Shown here in pieces: positions 35,835 to 42,877 of a DNA stretch of 64,000 nt. The stretch covers positions 30 through 64,029 of the forward strand of contig CAMOSO010000021.1 of assembly GCA_946624925.1 (NCBI GenBank), written 5' to 3'. Origin of the DNA: an uncultured Bacteroidales bacterium. Lineage in GTDB: Bacteria > Bacteroidota > Bacteroidia > Bacteroidales > UBA3824. A program made the translations under genes and the position numbers. Numbering within the stretch: position 1 is the stretch's first letter; each line of letters starts with the position of its first letter. The notes under the pieces were generated by a model that worked only from the letters and a program-made list of their open reading frames with translations, was not told the DNA's origin and made no database searches.

Positions 35835-38800
35835 TATTCCTGAGTGAACTCACGCCCCACAATCAAATCCCATTCGGTATCTGTGAGAGGCGGCAGGTTC
35901 ATAGCCGCAAGCGCGGACGCATACTTATTGGGGTCGGTCTCCCAATGCCTCAGACGGTTGTCGTCTGTGATGGCGTACAATGTGCCCTTATTGTCAAAAG
36001 TCATACTCTTGACCTTGCTGTTGCCGAGGCTGTGCTCCTCGATGAAAAGCGGTTTTTCCTGCAAGTCGTTGGTATTCAGGAGCGCGATGCGCTTGTCAGC
36101 CGACGAGAGCGCAAGAATGCCGGTCTCAGGGGAATAGACTGCGTGTTCAAGTTTTGCGTGTCCGCCTGCCACCCATTCGCCCTTGCTGTCGTCATTGAGA
36201 TTAATCATCTGCACACCGCCGTCGCTAAAACATACCGCGAGTTTCCTCTTGTCGGGGATTGACGCCACACAAAAAGCGTGTTGCTTTCCATTAGCGGGCA
36301 GCACGGTGGTCAGGTTGTCAGTTTTTGGATTCCATTTGAAAAGCCTGCCATCATGAGCAAGCACATAAATATTTTCGCCTTCATGACAAACTCCCGTTAC
36401 CATCGTGCCGAAATCCTTCTCGCAGGGCGTTGCAGAGCCGTCCAATGGCATCATGACCACCTTGCCGTAAGTATAAGCCACGGCGCATTGTTTGCGGTCT
36501 GGCGATTGAGAGGCTGCCACTACATAATCATCGTCGCAGGGCAATTGGGTGCGGGTGTTTCGATTGAGGTCGATGAGGAATGACTTTCGGTCTTTGCCAC
36601 AGCTCACTACGAGCGACGGCGCGGCAAAAATGGCGTTTTCCACCGGGACTTTGCTCACAAAATCAGCAATGCGCCCCGTCTGCCTTATCGTGCCATTAGG
36701 CGACACGGCGTATTGGTATGAAGAGCCGTCGTCGCCAAAAGTATTAATCGTGCCATCACTGTCTATGCTCAACGCCTTTTGCTCTCCATCGCCAAATTTC
36801 AATGGACTAATCAACTTGTTTTGTTCCATTGCAAACACCATAGCGTCGTAGAGGTCTGCGTTTTTGGATTCTTCGCCGCCCTTGCGGCTCATTTCGCAAG
36901 CGGTCTTGGCAAGGCGGAGGTTTAGCGACTTGTCCTCGTATTGGTTTTTGGCTTTCATAGCCAAAGTGTTGCAGAGCGCGACATAATAAAGGCGTCGAGC
37001 ATTGGCGTTTGCATCCTCTGTGAGATCCATTTGAGCAATGACCTTCCGACGCTGTTCTTCGGCTTCCCTGCGCCGCTCTTCGGCAATCAGGTAGTTGCGT
37101 TCAGCGCGGCGGTTGCTACTCTCCGCGCTGTCCAATGCATCCTCAGCGTCACGTCGGGCGAGTTCGGATTCCCGTTGTGCGGCAGTGGTCTTATCGAGCA
37201 ATGTTTTCACCGAGTCCAACAAATCTTGAGTCTTGATTTTCTCCTCGTTGACCTGTGTAAGACGCTTGGCTGCGAGATCCCTTTGGTAATTGGCATCCTC
37301 CTCGTTTTCTTTGGCAATCTCGGTCTGTTTCTCGGCTTTTTTCTTTTCTATCATTGCCCAATTGGAAAAAATGAGCAATCCCGCAATGAAAACGAGCAAC
37401 GCGACAATGACAATTACAATCTTCCGACGGTGCGATTTTTCGGCGGCTATGATGGCTTCTCGGCTCTGTTGGAGGTATTCGTCGCAGAGTGCCATACGAT
37501 TGGCGGCGGAGCGTATTTTCTCATTTTCAGGGCGTTGGGTGTCGTCATTTTTCAAAATCCAATACTTGTTTGGGCGGCATTTGTCGTACCACTTGCTGAA
37601 AATGGCGTAGTTGCCGGACGCGAGGAGAAATTCGGGTTTGCGGCCGCTGTCTGCCCAACGTTGCACCTGAGTATTGTAGTCATGATAGACATTGAGATTT
37701 TCATATTCCTCGTGGTTCCATTCCGAAAGCATCTTCCAGTTACGTATCAAAGCCTCGTGCGTGATGTCGAGGCAACTGTCGCCGCCGAGATACTGCGATT
37801 TGAGGTCGCCCTGCACGGCAAACGGTCTGAGGAGCGTGTTTTCCTCGGCGCGGAAGATGTTGAGCACGGCGCACACTGTGGCGGCGGTGATGTTGGGCTT
37901 GTTGATGATGCCCGTAATCTCGCTTATTGTGCTGCGGTTGCGCACTTGGCGGTTGTCGTCGATTTTTGTGAGGCTCGTGAAGGCGGTCTTCACAATCAGT
38001 TTGGATTCCTCGGGCGTGATGGTCTTGTCTGCCCAATCGGCATTTTGCATATAATAATCAAAAGCCGATTCGTATAGCGTGCCGGCGTGGGCGTTGAGGA
38101 CGTTGTTGAGGTCGGGCTTTTCAAAATATTTTTTCTGATAATCAGGCAATTGCAAGTACCAACGATTGAAATCCGCTTGTTCGGCGTCGCTGAGGATGTC
38201 TTTGGGAATGCCGGCGAGTTTTGCCAAATGAATCAGGTCGAGAGTTTCCTTGCCATTGTCGGCGGTCTTCCAAAGGAGATTGAGCGTATGTTGCAACACC
38301 GGCAACTGGTCGAAACCCGAAGTCAGATTGTTGATGAGAACCTCCGAAAGACGCGACGAAACGCTGCCGCCCGCCAGGAGTGCCGGTTGCTCAATTACTT
38401 GGAGGATTTCGGTGCGTTTCAGTTGCGGTACAAAAAATTGACTGTATGCAATAAATTCGGGCAAATCCCTGAATACGGTGCATTGCGAAATATAATCGCT
38501 CCTCATCGTAAATATCACATATACAGGCAATTGCTCCGATATTGAGAGCCTTACGGTCTCCAACAAAATATTGACGGCGGTGTAAGCCTCGTTGCTCGGG
38601 ATGCCATTATGGAAATTTTCGTTCATCGTGAAAACTTCCTCAAACTGGTCGGCGACGATGAGGAGATTTTTGCCACGGTTTTTGTCGCCGTCGGATGCGT
38701 AGAACCCCGATTTTTTGTAGATATTAATCAATCCCGAAAAACCACATTCCAATTCGTCCAAAACTTCGTCAAACGGCACTTTCAACTGTTCTGCAAGGCT

Positions 38801-39079
38801 GTGGGCAAGGCTTTCGAGGGGGTTGCGCTGCGGCTTGAAGTCGCAGAAAACCCAACTATTGTATTCCGCCATAGAAAAACCAGCGCGGATATACGGAATC
38901 ACGCCGGCATACACAATTGATGATTTGCCGTCGCCCGACGCACCCGTAATGAAAGCCATCTTGTTCTGTTCCAACATTTTGACAATCTGCCGGATGTGCA
39001 AATCTCGCCCTTTGAAGAAGATTGACTCTTCCTCGGTGAAGGGCCGAAGCCCGGGATATGGACAGATGCTGGTTTTCAT
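35834..39079 (-). CDS. nSTAND-type P-loop NTPase with internal TM helix, coiled coil and C-terminal WD40-like beta-propeller
   Basis: CPYPGLRPFTEEESIFFKGR, Walker A GASGDGKSS, Walker B LLIVADQFEEVFT, FTMRSDY. TM HRRKIVIVIVALLVFIAGLLIFSNWAMI (nt ~37352-37425). Glu/Arg-rich coiled coil. About 7 blade-like repeats (HDGRLFKWNP, FSDGGVQMINL, SADKRIALLN, DDNRLRHWE). Confidence 0.8.
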   Translation of the reverse strand: MKTSICPYPGLRPFTEEESIFFKGRDLHIRQIVKMLEQNKMAFITGASGDGKSSIVYAGVIPYIRAGFSMAEYNSWVFCDFKPQRNPLESLAHSLAEQLKVPFDEVLDELECGFSGLINIYKKSGFYASDGDKNRGKNLLIVADQFEEVFTMNENFHNGIPSNEAYTAVNILLETVRLSISEQLPVYVIFTMRSDYISQCTVFRDLPEFIAYSQFFVPQLKRTEILQVIEQPALLAGGSVSSRLSEVLINNLTSGFDQLPVLQHTLNLLWKTADNGKETLDLIHLAKLAGIPKDILSDAEQADFNRWYLQLPDYQKKYFEKPDLNNVLNAHAGTLYESAFDYYMQNADWADKTITPEESKLIVKTAFTSLTKIDDNRQVRNRSTISEITGIINKPNITAATVCAVLNIFRAEENTLLRPFAVQGDLKSQYLGGDSCLDITHEALIRNWKMLSEWNHEEYENLNVYHDYNTQVQRWADSGRKPEFLLASGNYAIFSKWYDKCRPNKYWILKNDDTQRPENEKIRSAANRMALCDEYLQQSREAIIAAEKSHRRKIVIVIVALLVFIAGLLIFSNWAMIEKKKAEKQTEIAKENEEDANYQRDLAAKRLTQVNEEKIKTQDLLDSVKTLLDKTTAAQRESELARRDAEDALDSAESSNRRAERNYLIAEERRREAEEQRRKVIAQMDLTEDANANARRLYYVALCNTLAMKAKNQYEDKSLNLRLAKTACEMSRKGGEESKNADLYDAMVFAMEQNKLISPLKFGDGEQKALSIDSDGTINTFGDDGSSYQYAVSPNGTIRQTGRIADFVSKVPVENAIFAAPSLVVSCGKDRKSFLIDLNRNTRTQLPCDDDYVVAASQSPDRKQCAVAYTYGKVVMMPLDGSATPCEKDFGTMVTGVCHEGENIYVLAHDGRLFKWNPKTDNLTTVLPANGKQHAFCVASIPDKRKLAVCFSDGGVQMINLNDDSKGEWVAGGHAKLEHAVYSPETGILALSSADKRIALLNTNDLQEKPLFIEEHSLGNSKVKSMTFDNKGTLYAITDDNRLRHWETDPNKYASALAAMNLPPLTDTEWDLIVGREFTQE

Positions 39080-39906
39080 TTTTTAAGGGTTTTGTCTAAG
39101 AATACTTTGATGTCGAGGGGGATGCGCCGCTTGTCGTTCACAGAACACTCAATGATGTTTCTCAAAACCGAAAGGTCTTCGATTTTGGCGTGGGCATTGT
39201 TGCCGACCACGAGGAGCGGTGTGCGCGAACTACTGCCGCCGCTGTCCTTCCAAATCTGACGCGCAAACGACACAGCCCAATCGCCCGCATAATTGTAATA
39301 CACAACGCCGATTTTGCTTTCGGCGAGTTGCGAAAGTACAAATGAATTGTAGTCGATGCCGCTCGAAAGGCTAACGCCGAGCCGCTGCACGCTCTGAAAA
39401 TCTTTGAGCATATTGCAGATTTCGAGCGCGGTGTCGTTGTCGAGTTCGTTGTAGAGGAAAAAAATGTCGGTAGGTTCGTTTTGGCGGTTTTCCAATTGCT
39501 TGACATTCATAATGTTGCGAATATCCTCAACGAAAACAATCGGCGACTGACGGTCGGAATACACAGTATTTTCCACGATGTCGCGGCGGATGCTGTTGAT
39601 GTATGAATGATTATCACCAATGAAGCCCGAAGGATTCCATACAAACACCTTGAAGTCGCTGCCGCACAATTCTTTAGCCTCGCGAAATTGGACACCGGCG
39701 GGCGAATCGTAACCATCGCCGCCATCGGAATATATATCCTCGCCGCCAAGTATATGTATGCTGCAATCTGCCGCCCGCATCTTGTCCGAGACCTCAATCC
39801 CGGCGTTATGAAGCACACGCGACAACCGCTTCCTCGTTGCCGCCATGTCCGTGGACACGTCAGCGAGGAACACCTTGAACTTCCTATTGTAAAGGTTGAC
39901 AAACAT
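39076..39906 (-). CDS. Cytoplasmic protein with two tandem TIR/DUF4062-like (flavodoxin-fold) modules
   Basis: 276 aa. Module 1: FKVFLADVSTDMAATRKRLSRVLHNAGIEV...ADCSIHILGG (DUF4062-like). Module 2: DIFFLYNELDNDTALEICNMLKD...IGVVYYNYAGDWAVSFARQIW (TIR_2-like but without the catalytic-type Glu). Its stop overlaps the NTPase start (ATGA). Confidence 0.5.
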   Translation of the reverse strand: MFVNLYNRKFKVFLADVSTDMAATRKRLSRVLHNAGIEVSDKMRAADCSIHILGGEDIYSDGGDGYDSPAGVQFREAKELCGSDFKVFVWNPSGFIGDNHSYINSIRRDIVENTVYSDRQSPIVFVEDIRNIMNVKQLENRQNEPTDIFFLYNELDNDTALEICNMLKDFQSVQRLGVSLSSGIDYNSFVLSQLAESKIGVVYYNYAGDWAVSFARQIWKDSGGSSSRTPLLVVGNNAHAKIEDLSVLRNIIECSVNDKRRIPLDIKVFLDKTLKK

Positions 39907-39953
39907 TTTTGCTACCCAAAACGACTTTTCAGATTCGATTTGTTAAAATTGTG

Positions 39954-39985
39954 CAAATATAAACCATATTTGAAAACGGCACAAA
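39954..39985 (-). promoter_or_regulatory. Candidate promoter of the 31007-39906 operon
   Basis: On the minus strand: TTTG (39985-39982), 20-nt spacer, TATATTTG (39961-39954), about 48 nt upstream of the ATG at 39906. Confidence 0.35.
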
Positions 39986-40015
39986 TAATTATTCAATTTT
40001 TTTGGAAAAATATTG

Positions 40016-40098
40016 TAGGGACGCGGCGCGCCACGTCCCTACGTTGGAAATAATTAAACCAATTTACGTCCCTACGTTGGAAATAATTAAACCAATTT
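40016..40098. repeat. GC-cored hairpin plus perfect 33-bp tandem direct repeat x2 in the divergent promoter region
   Basis: gtagggacg-cggcgcgcca-cgtccctac hairpin; acgtccctacgttggaaataattaaaccaattt at 40033-40065 and again at 40066-40098. Confidence 0.85.
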
Positions 40099-40129
40099 TT
40101 GTTTTTATCGTCAAAAAATTGTAATTTTG
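40098..40129 (+). promoter_or_regulatory. Candidate promoter for the DUF3737-like gene
   Basis: TTTG 40098-40101, 20-nt spacer, TAATTTTG 40122-40129, 27 nt before the ATG at 40157. Confidence 0.35.
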
Positions 40130-40156
40130 CACACGATAAAAATCAGACAAAAAAGA

Positions 40157-41005
40157 ATGAGAATAATCGAAAATCAAGAGTTTGAGGGCGAGCGTCCTCT
40201 CTATCACACAGCCGACCTTTTGCTGCGCGATGTAACGATACACGCAGGCGAATCGGCACTTAAAGAAACCCGCAACATCACCGCCGAGCACTGCACATTC
40301 GAAGGCAAATATCCATTCTGGATTACCGACGGCTTCAAAGTCCGCAACTGCAAATTCACCGAAGGCGCGAGGGCTGCGCTTTGGTACTCCAACGATTTGG
40401 AGATGACCGACACCATCATCGAAGCCCCCAAGATGTTCCGCGACAGTAAACGCCTCAACCTCAAAAACGTGAAAATTCCCGAGGCGCAGGAGACATTTTG
40501 GCACTGCGACGACGTAACGCTCGACCACGTGGAAGTCGATAACGCGCCGTACATCTTCATGCACTGCAACAACGTGAAAATCAGCAACTACACCCAAAAC
40601 GGCAATTACTCGTTTCAATATTGCAAAAACATCGAAATCCGCAATTCAAAAATCTATTCCAAGGACGCATTTTGGAACAGTGAAAACGTCACGGTGTATG
40701 ACTCTGAAATCATCGGCGAATATCTCGCTTGGCACAGCAAAAATGTCCGCCTTGTCAATTGCTTGATTGGTGAGACACAGCCACTTTGCTACTGCGAAAA
40801 CCTCATTTTGGAGAATTGCCGACTGCGCGACGATGCAGATTTGGCTTTTGAATATTCGGACGTCAACGCCACAATCAACGGCCACGTCGTCAGCATCAAA
40901 AACCCGCGCTCCGGCAGCATCAAGGTAGATTCCGTCGGCGAAATCATCCTCGACGACAATATCAAACCGCCAGCCGACTGCAAGATAACGACTACAAACG
41001 CCTGA
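40157..41005 (+). CDS. DUF3737-like right-handed beta-helix protein
   Basis: MRIIENQEFEGERPLYHTADLLLRDV; repeating ~22-aa N-x-x-I/V turns (AEHCTF, VRNCKF, LKNVKI, LDHVEV, KISNY, IRNSKI, VYDSEI, LVNCLI, LENCRL). Confidence 0.65.
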   Translation: MRIIENQEFEGERPLYHTADLLLRDVTIHAGESALKETRNITAEHCTFEGKYPFWITDGFKVRNCKFTEGARAALWYSNDLEMTDTIIEAPKMFRDSKRLNLKNVKIPEAQETFWHCDDVTLDHVEVDNAPYIFMHCNNVKISNYTQNGNYSFQYCKNIEIRNSKIYSKDAFWNSENVTVYDSEIIGEYLAWHSKNVRLVNCLIGETQPLCYCENLILENCRLRDDADLAFEYSDVNATINGHVVSIKNPRSGSIKVDSVGEIILDDNIKPPADCKITTTNA

Positions 41006-41029
41006 CGGCGTTTGAGGGTTTTTGAACAA

Positions 41030-41175
41030 AAATTAAAACGAATTTAAATAAATTAATACGAATTTTTTTCTATCCAAATTTGAAAGATTTGGTAGATTTT
41101 TTTAAGGTAATTCGTTTAAATTCGTTATAATTCGCTTAAATTTGCGTTTAAAAAAAACCGCCGCAAGGCGGCATC
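41030..41175. repeat. Composite dispersed repeat ('aattcg' words, 'gaaagatttg' words, CCGCC-GCAA-GGCGG hairpin)
   Basis: aattcgttataattcgcttaaatttgcgtt is near-identical to 4727-4756; aaatttgaaagatttggtagattt resembles the 24.7 kb array; ends with aaaaaaaaccgccgcaaggcgg. Confidence 0.6.
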
Positions 41176-41199
41176 AAAAACAATTAATGTTGAAAGAAA

Positions 41200-42366
41200 A
41201 TGATTTTTGACGAGAAGATAATCAGGAGGGGTTCCAATTGTTACAAATGGGACGTACAGGACAACGACGATGTAATCCCGATGTGGATTGCCGACATGGA
41301 TTTTAAGACCGCGCCGCCGATAATTGAGGCGTTGCAGGAGCGCGTGGCTCACGGCGTGTTTGGCTACGTGAAGCCGCCCAAAGAATATTTTGAGGCAGTG
41401 TGCCAATGGTTTGAGAATCAGCACGGTTGGCACATCGAACCCAAAGAAATCATCTACACAATCGGCGTTGTGCCGGCGATTTCGGCAATCATCAAAGCCG
41501 TTACAATGCCCGGCGAAAAAGTCCTGATGACTACGCCGGTCTATAACTGTTTTTTTTCCTCAATCCGCAACAACGGTTGCCAAGTGGCAGCATCAACACT
41601 CAAAGCCGACCGCAACGGCCGCTATACGATTGATTTTGAGGATTTTGAAGAGCAATGCAAAGACCCGAAAACTCGTGTATTTTTGCTCTGCAACCCTCAC
41701 AACCCTACATCGAGAGTTTGGACACGCGACGAACTCGCACGAATGGCGCAGATTTGCAGGGACAACGACGTTTTCATCATCTCCGACGAAATCCACTGCG
41801 AGATTATGATGCCCGGATTCCAATACATTCCGTTTGGCACGTTAGACGATTCCGTGAAAGGCAATTACGCCGTCTGCACATCGCCGTCAAAGGCGTTCAA
41901 CATCGCTGGACTTCAACTCGCCAACATCATTTGCCCCTGCCCTAAGACCCGCCGCAAGATAGACCGCGCTATCAACATCAACGAAGTCTGCGACGTAAAC
42001 CCATTCGGCATTGTTGCGCTGATGACCGCCTACACCGACCCGCGCTGCAAGGAATGGCTCGACAATCTCAACAATTATATCTACCAAAACTACCTGACAG
42101 CCAAGGACATATTCACCCAAAAACTCCCTTCCGCCACCATCACGCCGCTGGAAGGCACGTACCTGATGTGGGTGAATTTCCACAACCTTATCCAAAACGC
42201 CCACAACGCCGAACACGCCATGATACAAGACGCCAAAGTATGGATTAACGCCGGCACATTATACGGCGACGACGGCGAACACTGTATGAGAATCAATTTG
42301 GCGACGCAGCGTGAGAGAGTCGTTGAAGGCGTGGAGAGAGTGTGCGGATATTTTGGCGGAAAATGA
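41200..42366 (+). CDS. patB: PLP-dependent C-S lyase (MalY/PatB cystathionine beta-lyase family)
   Basis: 388 aa; IIRRGSNCYKWD, PMWIADMDF, LCNPHNPTSRVW, SPSKAFNIAGL (PLP Lys) motifs. Confidence 0.85.
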   Translation: MIFDEKIIRRGSNCYKWDVQDNDDVIPMWIADMDFKTAPPIIEALQERVAHGVFGYVKPPKEYFEAVCQWFENQHGWHIEPKEIIYTIGVVPAISAIIKAVTMPGEKVLMTTPVYNCFFSSIRNNGCQVAASTLKADRNGRYTIDFEDFEEQCKDPKTRVFLLCNPHNPTSRVWTRDELARMAQICRDNDVFIISDEIHCEIMMPGFQYIPFGTLDDSVKGNYAVCTSPSKAFNIAGLQLANIICPCPKTRRKIDRAININEVCDVNPFGIVALMTAYTDPRCKEWLDNLNNYIYQNYLTAKDIFTQKLPSATITPLEGTYLMWVNFHNLIQNAHNAEHAMIQDAKVWINAGTLYGDDGEHCMRINLATQRERVVEGVERVCGYFGGK

Positions 42367-42460
42367 CAATTATTTTGAAAAGAAAGAGCAAAAAATATTT
42401 TGAATTTCAAATATAATCTGTACATTTGCGCATAACAATAACCCAACAAAAAACAAAACA

Positions 42461-42859
42461 ATGGAACAGAAAGATCCGATATTAGAAGCGCGTCGTTACC
42501 TTGACAATGCAAAAGAAATTTTGCGAGACAAGGCTATCAAGGAAGACAACTTCTATCAAGACAGCAAATATGTGAAACTTGCAGGCCATGCCATGTGGAC
42601 AGGCTGCATGATTGCGTTGGACTACGCATTGGGAATCAAGAAACAACGCGGCAAACGCAAGGACATCGACGACTACAAAGAAGCAGCTGCAAAAGTAGAC
42701 AAAAAATTGCTCTCATACGTTGTATCGGGGTACAATACAATGCACCTTTTTATGGGCTACGATGGCGAGAAAAAAGTTGGCATTGCACGTGAAGGCATCG
42801 AAACTATGAACTACATCATAGATTGGTGCGAACACAGGATGCAAGGTGCGGCGGCTTAA
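42461..42859 (+). CDS. Small helical cytoplasmic protein (DUF5618-like), function unknown
   Basis: 132-aa ORF; EARRYLDNAKEILRDKA...KYVKLAGHAMWTGCMIALDYAL resembles a Bacteroidetes DUF family recalled from memory. Confidence 0.4.
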   Translation: MEQKDPILEARRYLDNAKEILRDKAIKEDNFYQDSKYVKLAGHAMWTGCMIALDYALGIKKQRGKRKDIDDYKEAAAKVDKKLLSYVVSGYNTMHLFMGYDGEKKVGIAREGIETMNYIIDWCEHRMQGAAA

Positions 42860-42877
42860 TCTGCCGCACGCATCATT

